A stretch of DNA of 64,000 bases from Malacoraja senta. Taxonomy: Eukaryota. Of this stretch, positions 23,532 through 35,485 are shown one piece after another; the stretch's first letter is position 1; each line of letters begins with the position of its first letter. The stretch spans positions 1-64,000 of the forward strand of contig JAXLNO010001977.1 in assembly GCA_038087875.1 (NCBI GenBank), given 5' to 3'. The position numbers were made by a program, and so were the translations under genes. The notes below the pieces were generated by a model. That model had not been told where the DNA came from. It did not search any database and saw nothing but the letters and a program-made list of their open reading frames with translations.

Positions 23532-26285
23532 TATTATTTTTTTTATTTTTATTTATTAGAAGTACATTACATTACAACCACATACATTAATACTCGTCAT
23601 TTGTATCTTCTTACAATTAATGTACTCCCTTTATTTATTTTTTTACACTAGAAAAGGAAAAGATTGAAAGAAAGAAGAAAGTGAAGGAAAAAGTGAAAGT
23701 GTAGAAAAGTGTAGAAAATGTAACAACAAAAAAGGACGAAGACCCTATAAGAGCGAAATTAAAAACAAAAGAAAAAGAGTTAAGAAATAGGCCCTAGGAA
23801 AAAAAAGAGAAAGAGAGAGAGGAAAAAAAAAAAAAAAAAGAAAAACAAATGTTTTTTTAAGCATTACGTAAATAGGACATACCAACTCTTCAACTATCAT
23901 CCCCCCTTACCTGACCTCAATTTTTTTATATTTTTTAAAGTAATTTTGCACCCTATGTTTGTAATAATTCTATAAATGCAGACCACGTCAGGTGGAAGTG
24001 ATCTGGTTTACCTGCTAGGAGGAGTCTTATCTCTTCTAGGTGTAATGTTTCAAACATATTTGAAATCCACATATTTATAGTTGGTATTGGAGCCTTCTTC
24101 CAAAATTTTAGAATTAGCTTTTTTCCAGTTATTAACCCATAGTCCATTAATTTCTTTTGAAACACATTTAGTTCTGGATCATCTTCCGTTATTCCGAAGA
24201 TAATCCATTCTGCTTTGGGTATCAGTCTTGTTTTAAATAACTTTGTAAAGATTTCAAAAATTTCATTCCAAAATTTTTGAATTTTTGTACAGAAGACGAA
24301 TGAGTGCGCTATAGTAGCTTCTTGGGATTGACATTTATCACAAATAGATGATACGTTTGGGAAAATTTTATGAATTTTAGTTTTCGAATAATATAATCTA
24401 TGTAAAATTTTAAATTGTATTAAAGTGTGTCTTACATTAATCGAGCATTTATGCACGTTTAATAAGTATTCATTCCAACTTTCCTTTGAAATTTTAATAG
24501 CTAACTCTTGTTCCCAGTCTCTTCTGATACCCTCCGTAGGTGGTATTTGTACATTTAAAATAATATTATACAAATATGATATTAAGTTTGCTGATTCCGC
24601 TTTTATCTGCATTGCCTCGTCCAATACATCTACTGGGTTATTATAATGATCTTTTGTATATTTTTTCAAATAGTCGCATATTTGAAAATATTTAAAATAT
24701 TGATTATTTCCGAGTTTATATTTTATTTGTAATTGTTGAAATGAAAGTAATTTTCCAGTTTCATACAAGTCACCAAGCGTTTTAATTCCTAGTCTATCCC
24801 ATTGTGTATAAGCTTTATCTATAATAGAAGGACTAAACGAAGGATTATTGACTATAGGTAATAAAAGTGATACATTTCTTAATTTTAAATTTTGTTTTAT
24901 TTGTTTCCAAATACGGATTGTACTATGAATAATGGGGTTCTTATTATAATTTATGTTATTCAGTTTCATTGGAGAGAGGAGGATCGCTCCAATGTTTCTA
25001 GAGGAGCAATCCTCTTTCTCCATTACAATCCAGTCTACTTGCTGGGCGGAGTTATCCATCAGTTGAATCATGTTTTTAATATTTACTGACCAATAATAAT
25101 ACATAAAATTAGGTAGTGCTAAACCCCCCAATACTTTAGGTTTATTCAGATGAGTTTTTTGTATTCTATGTGATTTATAGTCCCATATAAAATTAGTGAT
25201 ATCTGAGTCGAGTTTTTTAAAAAACTTCTTAGGTAAGTATATAGGAATTGATTGAAATAGGTATAAAATTTGTGGTAAAAAGATCATTTTTATTGCGTTT
25301 ATTCGACCTATTAAAGACATCGGGAGCGTTTTCCAGAATTTAATTAGTGTATTAAATTTATTAAGTAGGGGGTCAAAATTTGCCCTGAACATACCTTGAT
25401 ATGTTCTGGTAATTTCGATTCCCAAATATTTAAATTTTTCTGTAGCTATTTTAAAAGGGAATTTTAAAAGATGTGTTGAATCTTTCGGTTTTATTGACAT
25501 AATTTCACTTTTATTCCAATTTATTCTATATCCAGAAAAAGATCCAAAGTCTTCAATTAAATTTAATATATTTGGTATAGTGATTTGAGGTTTTGTAATA
25601 TACAGTAATATATCATCCGCGTGTAAAGATATTTTATTATATGAGTCTTTAGTATTATATCCATGAATATCAGGGTGTATTCTAATTTTTTCTGCTAGCG
25701 GTTCAATAATGAGAGCAAACAGCTGTGGTGATAATGAGCATCCTTGTCTATTTCCCCTTGATAGTTGAAATTTCGAGGATAATATGTTATTAGTTAGTAT
25801 TCTAGCTGTAGGTTTGTTATATAGTAACTTAATCCATAAAATAAAATTCTCTCCCAGTTGAAATTTTTGTAATACTTTATCCATATAATTCCATTCTACT
25901 TGATCAAATGCTTTTTCAGCATCCAGCGAAATAATTGATAATTCTTGATCTTCAGATTTGTGTGAGTGCATTATGTTGAGTAGACGTCTCATATTATTAG
26001 AAGAGTATCTCGTCTTAGGGATAAACCCTGTCTGATCTGGGTTTATTAATTTACTAATGTATTTACTTAATCTTCTAGCTAATGTTTTCGCTAATATTTT
26101 TTGATCTGTGTTTAACAATGCTATAGCTCTATATGAACCAGGTTCTTCTAAATCTTTATTTTTCTTAGGTATTAATGTAATCGTTGATTCCGCTAATGTA
26201 TCAGGTAGTATTCGTTTTTTAAAAGCGTATTGGTACATTTTTTGTAATCTTGGTATTAGTTTATCATAAGTTTATCATAAAATTA
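23532..26285 (-). mobile_element. 5'-truncated L1 (RT to 3' UTR), same strand as host gene
   Basis: 761-aa ORF 23953-26238 similar to the ORF2 above, YADD>HADD. 14-bp TSD ttatgaatgttttt at 23518-23531 and 26286-26299. 11-bp stutter at the 5' junction. Confidence 0.92.
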
Positions 26286-27581
26286 TTATGAATGTTTTTA
26301 CTTGTATTTTAATGTTGCTGTTTTTTTACCTGCAATTTTTAGCTATTCGTATTGTTTTTATCAGGGACTGGATTTTTTATTTATTTATTTATTTATTTAT
26401 TATTATTATTTTTGGAGTGTTTTTATTGGGTTTTTTTATGTGTGAAATGTTTAAAATGACGATAACGGTTGATTGATTGATTGATTGATTGAGTTAACTC
26501 AGTTCGCTATATTCGGTCTGATTCAAGACTTTTCTCACATTCTGCGCCAGCGAATTTTTGGTGCGTGACCCCATTGCCACAAGTGATATCAAGGGGGGTG
26601 TCTTAGCCCATAATTCATAATGCATTTACCTATCAGCACCACACCAGAGCAAGTCTCAACCAAGCTAAACTGCAAGACTTGGGTTTGGCAACTATATTCA
26701 TCTCACAGCATGGGATGAGGTTAGTGAAAGAGAAGTCATGGTGAATACTGCAGGGAGCGCTCTCTGAAAAGCAGCAAATGGAAGAACTTGTTCTTATCAT
26801 CCAAGCATGTACACAACACAATGAGATGTAAACCCAGTGTAATCCCCCTTCTGAAGAGTTAACTAATAATTGGTTTGCAAGTTAAATACATATTATTAAC
26901 GCATATTTAAGAGATACATTTATATTTGGTGTCAGGCTTGAAACAATAGACAATAGACAATAGACAAGAGGTGCAGGGGTAGGCCATTCGGCCCTTTGAG
27001 CCAGCACCGCCATTCAATGTGATCATGGCTGGACGTACAGAGTTTGATTATGCTTCGATTTTTGGTTTCATTGGATCAAAGACCCATGGAGAAACACAGT
27101 ATAGAAACAGGCCATTTGGCCCTTCTGGTCTGTGCCGACAGTCAACTACATTCACACGGATCCTCTGTCAATGCCATTTTTATTTTCCCCACTTTTTCAT
27201 CAACTACCACTACCGTCCAACACCCTCCCTCCCTCCCCACCCCATCCCCTATCCACAGATTAAACCGCTGTCCTGTACACACGGGGCAATTTACAACTGG
27301 CACATCTTTGGGAGCTGGGAGGAAACTGGAGCACTTAAATTAAACCAACACAATAAAAGGCAAAACATGCAGACCACGCACAGACAGCACCTAATGAACC
27401 AGGGTCGTGGCGTTGTGAGGCTGTGATTCTATCGGCTGTGCCACTGTGCATTCAGATCAATACTCTCAGGGCATTTAATGCCAGTGAAAGGCAGGCACAA
27501 ATTTCTCCCAAATAAAGCATTCCCAACCAAAACACCAGCAATTACTATAGTGTAACTTCCACTGGAAACAGAGTGGTTTAC

Positions 27582-27630
27582 CTTGCAGAGTTATTGGATG
27601 TTATCGAATTTTCACAAGAATATTCATGAC
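27582..27630 (-). CDS. Gene B stalk exon (GHEYSCENSITSNNSA)
   Basis: Same 49-nt exon and splice sites as at 1137-1185. Confidence 0.7.
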
Positions 27631-28897
27631 CTGTTGGAACAAAGAAATAAAAGTCAGTTTCACTGTTTTTCACTTGCAGTTGAACAAAGGAGTATGGTTT
27701 TCCGATGTGAGTAGTTGATAGGCTTAAAAGACAGGATAATGTTTCTTCAGTGTGGGTTGAGTAAATGGGAGATGTTACGACAAGCAGGCGGGCTGGTAAA
27801 AACTCTGGCGCCAGGTGTAGACGGCACAGTGGCGCAGCGGTAGACTTGCTGCCTTACAACGCCAGAGACCCGGGTTCGATCCTGAATACGGATGTACGGA
27901 ATTTTTACCACCTCCCTGTGACCGTGTGGGTGTTCTCCAAGTGCTCCTGTCCCCCTCCACCTCCCCCCTCCCCATCCCCCCTCCCCCCTCCCCCCCCTGC
28001 ATTACAAAGTCGTGCACGTTTGCCAGTTCATTGGCTTTGTAAATGGTCTCCATGGAACTAGTGTACTGGTGAATACTGGACGGTGTGCACCGAGTGGGTC
28101 GAAGAGCCTGTTTCCACGCTGTATCGATAAACTAATCTAAAGGGTGCAATTTCACTTGAGACTTGTGAGAAGTGTTGCTTGGGATGAAACATTGCAGTTA
28201 TGGGGAGGGGTTGGATAGGGTTTTTTATAAAATTCCATGCAGGACAGGTGAGGAAGGGGAAACCAATTACAGGTGTGCAAAAGCTCTGAGCTGCATAGAC
28301 AGTGGATTTTTGGGAAATGTTGCACGACAGATATGTGTAAATGTGGAGAACACATGGTTAAGTTAAGGAGCAGGATGTTTCAAGGGTATCAAGAAATATT
28401 TTTAAACCCAGAAGGTGGAGGTACCTGAATTGCTGCAATGGACGAGGTGCTGGTAAATGGGATACCGTCGTCAAGGATTTAACTGTGGCCACATTTACTG
28501 ATAATGTCTGAACCCTTACCATATCTGTGTATGGGTCATGTGGTGGGAAAGTGAATGTGCTTGGACTGATGTCACTGCAAACCTAGTTTAAAGCTGTGTA
28601 AATGCAAGAGGGAACTCTATACAGGATGCTAGCCTACACCAACACTAGGGATTCTATTTCTGGAACCCAACAACCAAGTACTGACAAATGAGCCATAATT
28701 CCATATATTAATCTTGATAAATTAATTAAATAACGTGCAGGGATTTCAGGGTGACGGAGGTTATGAGGAGAAAGCAGGAGAATGGGGAAGATAGATCAGC
28801 CATGATTGAATGGTCTATTTCTGCTTCTATCACTTGTAATCTGATGAACCCCCCACCCGCACTTCCCCTTCTTCTCCTCATTCCCCCCACTACTTAC

Positions 28898-29218
28898 CAG
28901 TGCCGTTGATTTTCACTAGAAAACTGCAGGGCACGTCACTGCTGGAGATGGACACGTTGACCATTTCACTGGATTTTTTTCCATTATTATTGGAGGCTGT
29001 GCAATAATATTGATGGTGCTGGTGTTTGAATGATTGACAATGCAGATCCAGGGCATTTTGGTCTGAGATCTTTGAATCCACAGATGGGGTCTTTTCATAC
29101 CAGCTGTAGCTAATGGGCGGTGATCCGCTGACCGACTCACATGACACTGTCACTGAGCCCCCGAGACAGGAGACATTGGCTGGTGACAGAAATCCAAGCA
29201 CAGGAACAGACACGGGGT
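28898..29218 (-). CDS. Gene B FCRL-like C2 exon C2-2'
   Basis: Acceptor tttcccacag|AC, donor ACTG|gtaagt, 321 nt open frame. PVS-P-L, SCES--GSPPI-Y-W and YYC-A-N motifs typical of FCRL/PECAM-type C2 domains. Confidence 0.88.
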
Positions 29219-30407
29219 CTGTGGGAAAGGAGCAAACAGTCAGACAACTGAGTGAACATCTGAAAATCAAACACTCACCAATATCCACCATCTCTGTATC
29301 TTAGCCAGAGCCGCCATTTTGGAATCTGACCCATCCATCTACATAGAATCATAGAGTCATACAACATAGAAACAGGCTCTTCGGTCTAACTTGCCCGTGC
29401 TGACCAACACGCCCAATGTACACTAGTTCCACCTGCCCTTTCTTGGCCCTTAACCCACTAAACATATCATATTCATGTACATGTCCAATATTTTATTAAA
29501 TGTTACGATAGTACCTGCCATAACTACTTCTGTTGGCAGTTCGTTTCATGTGCCTACCAACCTTTGTGTAAAAACGTTACTCCCCAGGTTCCTGTTAAAT
29601 CATTCCCCCCTCATATTAAAACCATGTCCTCCGGTTCTCGATTTCCCTACTCTGAGCAAAAGGCTGTGTATTAACTCGATCTATTCCTCGCATGATTTTT
29701 TACCTGCCATAAGATCATCCCTCATCCTCCTGCGCTCCAAGAAATAAAGTCCTAATCTGCTCAATCCCTCCCTGAGTGTCAAGTCATCGCAACATCCTTG
29801 TAAGTCTTCCCTGTACCTTCTCCTCACAATTTAACAGATTTGAACATCTCTGTGTCTCTCCATCCACCCAGCTGGCAGAACTACCATGTCTGCCACTGCA
29901 CCAACACACAGCAGCACCATCTGTCTTTGTTTTATATTTCCAGCATCTGCAGTTAATCTTCTTTTAATCTGAAACTCTGCCACAATTCTACAATACCAAC
30001 ATTCAAACACTTCATTAGTGCAACAGTATCATTATCAACAACTTTTAAATTTCCTTGTATACAATTGTTGATAGTGATAATGTTGCACTAATGAGGTGTG
30101 TGAATGGCGGTATTGTAGAATTATGTGTAGGGAGCGAATGGGAAAGTGGAATAACATAGAACTAGTGTGACCGGTGATTGCTAGTCGGTGTGGACTCGGT
30201 GGGCCGAAGGATCCATTTCCATGTTGCATTTGTAACCTACAACTAAATATCCCGGTGACATTTTTCTGTAACCTCTCCAAACCTTTCACATCTTTTGTTT
30301 TATAAAGCGGCGACCAGAACTGTGCACCAGGCTCCCATATGTGACCCAACAAATGTTTTATGCAGATGCCAAAGTCGAGACATGAAGTCACTCACTGAGA
30401 AACCTAC

Positions 30408-30725
30408 CTTCAGATACTTGGAGATGTACTTTAAATGTTGGTTCGCCAGGTGTAATAATTCCACATCTGTACCATCCTGTAACTCCAGAGTGAAGATCCT
30501 CCACAGTCACAGTAAATATTCCTCGTGCCGGGTTATCTGTGATTGACACTCTTCCGCTCTGTCCATGTTTCCCATTTGTTTCCACTATATGTGTACATTG
30601 GCGACTTGTCCCAGGGCACCTGCATTTTGTGTGTGAGCGGTACACTGCTGCATAGTGACAATCGATTGAGATCGCTCTTCCCACAAACCCTCGTACTTCG
30701 CTCTCTGCCCACAGTGCACCTGAAA
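30408..30725 (-). CDS. Gene B Ig V exon Vd' (core residues substituted)
   Basis: Frame and splice sites intact, but KYWC>KCRC (C-strand Trp lost) and DTGWYRC>VTGWYRC. Confidence 0.8.
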
Positions 30726-31615
30726 CTGAAGGAAAATTCTTTCATAGATTGAAGAGCAAAATTAGTCTTTCACAAACATATACATTATAGTATACATCAA
30801 TATATACAGGGGAGTCCGCCCAATGATTTTCTTAACTCTGTTGAATTCCACCTAGATTGCGATGAGAGACAGATACTGTACACCGTCCCTCACCATCTGC
30901 ACATCGTTCCAAAGCGCTTCCCAGCCAATGTGGGTGTGAATGGTGAATAATGATGCATTGAACACGGAGCCTGTTGCAATTGGAAGGTAATGTCTTGGGA
31001 GTCTTGGTGAGTTGCTGCAGTGCATCGTGCAGATGGTGCAAATTGCTGCTGCTCTGCATCAACGGGGTGTCTATCAAGTACGACTCTGGGTCATGACAGA
31101 CCAAACACAAGTGTTCGGCGAAATTGTAGCCTCGGCCAGTGCTTCTTAAACTGATGAATGGTTTACCCAAGGGCGAATGAAATTATTTTGGGGTGAATGA
31201 GTTAATTCATGTTTTTTGCTCATGTGACAAAATAAATTATATATAAAATTATGCACACGTGAAAATAAGATGATAATAACCAAAAAAACATAAGAATATT
31301 TTGTGGAGGGTGAATTAAATCTTGTAATAAAGACTCAAGGGTTAATGGCACTGAAATAGTTTAAGAAACGCTGGCATTGTATAAGCTTGGTGTCTCTGAT
31401 GTAAACCATTCACACTCTATTCTGGACTTCCAATCTGAACGTCTCCACGCCTACTGGGAGTTCATTTCAAAATTATCTTTGACAAAAGTAAGGGTTATAC
31501 TTGATGGAGTGACGGCCAAGTGACTCCACCTAAATTTTGTGAGATTACTGGAATTCCAGTGATTCACACAAATTAACAGAGTTAAAATCATGAACATGAT
31601 CATGAAATTGTACAT

Positions 31616-32071
31616 AGGTACACAAAAATGCTGGAGAAACTCAGCGGGTGCAGCTGCATCTATGGAGCGAAGGAAATAGGTAACGTTTCGGGCCGAAACC
31701 CTTCTTCAGACTGATAGGGGGTGGGGAGAAGAAAGGAAAAAAGGAAAAGGCGGAGGAGGAGCCCGAGGGCTGGGGGAGGGGAGGAGACAACCAGATGGCT
31801 GCTGAAGGGGAGGAGACAGCCAGGGCTTGCAGAATTGGGAGAATTCAACGTTCAGGCCACCAGGATGTAGACTGCCCAAGCGGAATATGAGGTGCATTTC
31901 CTCCAATTTACGGTGTTGCTCGCTGTGGCCATGGAGGAGACCCAGGACAGAGAGGTCAGATACGGAATGGGAGGGGGAGTTGAAGTGCTGAGCCACCGGG
32001 AGTTCAGGTTGGTTATTGCGGACCGACCGGAGGTGTTCGACGAAACGATCGCCAAGCCTCCGCTTGGTCTC
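31616..32071 (-). mobile_element. 456-bp Penelope-like 3' fragment found only in gene B
   Basis: ETKRRLGDRFVEHLRSV...VAQHFN...EEMHLIFRLGSL (GIY-YIG C-terminus), 4-bp flanking repeat acat. Empty site near 5183. Confidence 0.85.
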
Positions 32072-32438
32072 ACATCCTTGATTGTAAATGATGGCGGATC
32101 CAAACAGGATGCATTTGGTTGCTTTCAATGTCTCAAAGTGACTGTGAGACCTTAAGCGGCAGCCAAGCGGCATTTTTAAGGCAGAAGGCAGACATTTGAT
32201 GGAGTGCACTCAACCCTTTGTGACAAGTGCATGTCTTTCTCTCCTTTGCTGAAATTGCTCAACACCTCCATGGTGGAAGCAACGGGCAATTATTTGCCAG
32301 TCCCCCAAACAAACTCTCGCATTTTACACCATGAGCTCACGGTGGCTGCAATGATGCCGTCTGCAAATAACAAGAAATCCATGAACATCACCACAAGGTG
32401 AATAGCAGCAGGTTCAGGGACACGAGAGGAACACTCAC

Positions 32439-32758
32439 CTGCACTGTTCATTTCTGTCACATAACTGCACGTTCCTGCTCCTTTGAAGACTTTCACCTTG
32501 ACTATTTCACTGGATTTTGTCTCACGATTATTTGCGGCTGTGCAGTAATATCGAAGGTGTTCACCTCTGAGGATTTCACAACTCAGATCCAGTTGATTGC
32601 CTTTCAAGATCGTAGAAACCCAATGCTCGTTTTCTCAAACCATGTGTAATGGATGGGAAGGGATCCACGGAGAGACTCACAGGACAATGACACTGAGCCT
32701 CCAAGACGTGAGGAATTTGCTGCTGACAGATAACTGAGCACAGGAGCAGACATGGTTT
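32439..32758 (-). pseudogene. Gene B FCRL-like C2 exon C2-1', frameshifted
   Basis: Intact splice sites but 320 nt. One base is missing near 32631 (plus ctcgttttctc vs ctcgttcttctc in gene A), giving TGA shortly after. Confidence 0.8.
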
Positions 32759-35170
32759 CTGTGGGAATGGAGCAAATATTCAGTCACCTGTATGAATTGT
32801 TAAAAACCAAACACTTGCTAAATCTCAGCAGCACTTTATCTCAGCCCGAGCCGTCCGGTTGATACCTCACCGGCTCCTCTACATCTCTGGGAGTGTGCGA
32901 AGCGCAGAAACCGAAGAAGGTTAGAGTTATAGAGAACCGAAAGATGCCCATCACAACAGCTCATTAATGCCGACCAACATGTCTTTCTATGACATTTCCA
33001 TATGTCCGCGTTTCTCATTTATCACTCGCAATGATCCCAATCTACGCAAATATCCAAAATTTATTTTAAACGCTGCTATTCTAACTGCCTCAACAACTTC
33101 CCCTGGCAGCAGGTTCCATGTACATATTACCCAATGTGTGGAAAATGTTGTCCCTCAGAACATATGTTGGATGTTATGTTTCAGTTGTACATATGTTGTT
33201 GAGGTCGAACTTGTGCGAATTGTGTTCAGCTTCCGCCACTCAGCTGTACAAAACATGCAATTACGGTCAATTGCACCTTACTATTCCTTCCTCTTTAAAT
33301 AGTTCCCATTACCTCTGTCCTCCACTTTTTGATTCCACACATCGTGGGAAAATGAACATGCTTCTCGTGATTGTTACATTTCTATAAGTTCCTCTCTCAA
33401 TCATTTCCACACTAAGGAATGAAGTCTGAGTTTGTCCAATCGCTCCCTGCGTCAATCCCATCCTGTCCAGGCAACGTCGCCCTTAAACCTTTCTGCTCGC
33501 TGTCCATCTCAACTTTTCTTGGAGCTGAGTGATTGAAGCTGAACACAATTCCCAAAGTGTGGACTGAACATCTGCACGTCTGAAGCATATTATCTCAAAT
33601 TATATTCTGAATGTTCTCACTGATGAAGACAAGCGTGCCAAAAACACAATTCAATGCCTTGTAATTTAATCGCGAAAACTAATTACGATCGCTTTAAGAG
33701 AGACACAAAATGCTGGGGGAACTCAGCGGAGCAGGCTGCATCTCTCGAGAGAAGGAGTGCGTGAAGTTTCGGATCGAGACCCTTCTCCAGCCTGACAGTC
33801 ATGTTCTGCGTGACAGAAGAGAAATGGAAGGGTAAGATGTTAAAACAAGTGATCAAAGGTGACAATGTTAAAGGGAAATGTAGAATGAATCATTGTCAGC
33901 TGAAGGGAAGGTGACAACGAGGCATACAATCAGTAAAATATTATAAGGTGAATCTAATTGGAGGTTTCGGATGGGGGCGGGATGGAAAGGAGTAAAGCAA
34001 GGGTTACTTGAAGTTCGAGATGTCAATATTCAAACCGCTGGGTTGTAAGCTGCCCAAGCGAAATATGAGGCGCTGTTTTTCCAATTTGCCTTCGGCCTCA
34101 CTCTGACACTGGAGGAGGTCCAGGACGGAAAGATCAGTTTGGGAATGGGAGGGGGAATAAAAGTGTTTAGCAATCGGGATGTAGCGTAGGCCGAGGCAGA
34201 CTGAGCGGAGTTGTTCAGCGTAACGATCGCCGAGTCTGCGCTTGGTCTCCCATCTACTATATCCGCTTGTTCACATCTGGAACAGCGGATAGAGTAGATG
34301 AGGTTAGAGGAGATGCAAGTGAACCTCTGCCTCACCCGAAAAAACTGTTGAGGCCCATGGACGGAGTAAAGGGGGGGATATATAGTGACTGGTGTTGCAT
34401 CTCCTGCAGTTGTAGGGGAAGGTACCTGGGGACGGGGGGAAGGGGGGGGGACGAGTTGACCAGGGAGTTGCGGAGGGAACGCAAAAAGCGATGGAGATGG
34501 AAAGATGTGACTAGTTGTGGCATCCCGTTGTAGGTGGCGCAAATGTCGGAGGAATATATGCTGTGTGCGACGGCTGATGGGGCGAAAGATGAGTTTATTC
34601 TGCTTACGAACGGGGAAATGTCCGGGAGGAGAAGCTGGCTGGCTGCCGGGCGGTGGGTGGACAATGGCTGCTGGTAGTGGGGGCGCATTGACTGGGCAGA
34701 GGGAGAGAGAGAGCGTGCGCGGGGTGCGGACGGGGTGACTGATTCCTGAGGTGGGGGCGGGAAGCGGGCTGGCTGCCCCGGGAGGACTGAACGCAGTCTG
34801 TGGAGCTCTGGGGACTGATTCCCTGTTTATGAATCTGCGGGTATTCAGACGGCGAGCAACACTTGTTTCTCACTGATCTGTCGGATTATTAGTTTGAGTC
34901 GGAATGCAAACCTCTGACAGGGTGATATTTCATACAATTCAGAGGCAGGGAAATGTGTTGAGTGTCTTGAAGTGGGTGGCCGCTCAATGGGACAGAGCCC
35001 GCACTGGGTGAGAGCAAACATGAGTGGGGTTTCCAGACCCTCGCCCGCTCCCCGCAGGCCTCTGCACTGCTGCGGAGCCTCGAGATATCGGTGCTGCCCT
35101 GACCCTTCCCGGAGAAAACATGGATCAGGCTTTTCAGTGGAGACATTAAGGCAATCGCTGCGAAACGTAC

Positions 35171-35485
35171 CGTCAGATACTTGGAGATGTACGGGAAACA
35201 ATGGATGTTCGGTGGATGCTGTGGTTCCACACCTGTACCATCCTGTATCTCCAGAGTGAAGATCTTCCACAGTCACAGTAAATATTCTTAGTGCCGATAT
35301 ATCTGTGATTGACACTCTTCCACTCCGTCCGTGTTGCCCATTTGTTTCCACCATATCTGTACATTGGCGACTCCACCCACGGCACCAGTATTTTGTGTTT
35401 GAGCGGTAATCTGCTGCATAGTGACAATCGATTGTGATCGCTCTTCCCACAACACCTGTTACATTCCTCTCTCCCCATACTGCAG
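35171..35485 (-). CDS. Gene B Ig V exon Vc'
   Basis: Acceptor catttcag|CTGCAG, donor GACG|gtacgt, 315 nt open frame: IDCHY...KYWCRGWSRQC...DTGWYRC. Confidence 0.9.

Larger units (their letters stand above)
17961..30520. repeat. Near-identical segmental duplication, matching 51441-64000 (period 33,480 bp)
   Basis: About nine differences seen by eye in 12.5 kb (e.g. 21302, 21680, 24080, 24998, 25943, 28126, 28535, 28978 and one poly-C indel). Confidence 0.95.

Noticed and set aside
23953-26238. 761-aa RT ORF kept open in two copies as a domesticated gene
   Set aside because: It has a TSD, tail and 5' truncation, and YADD>HADD. The two copies come from the very recent duplication, so an open frame only reflects youth.
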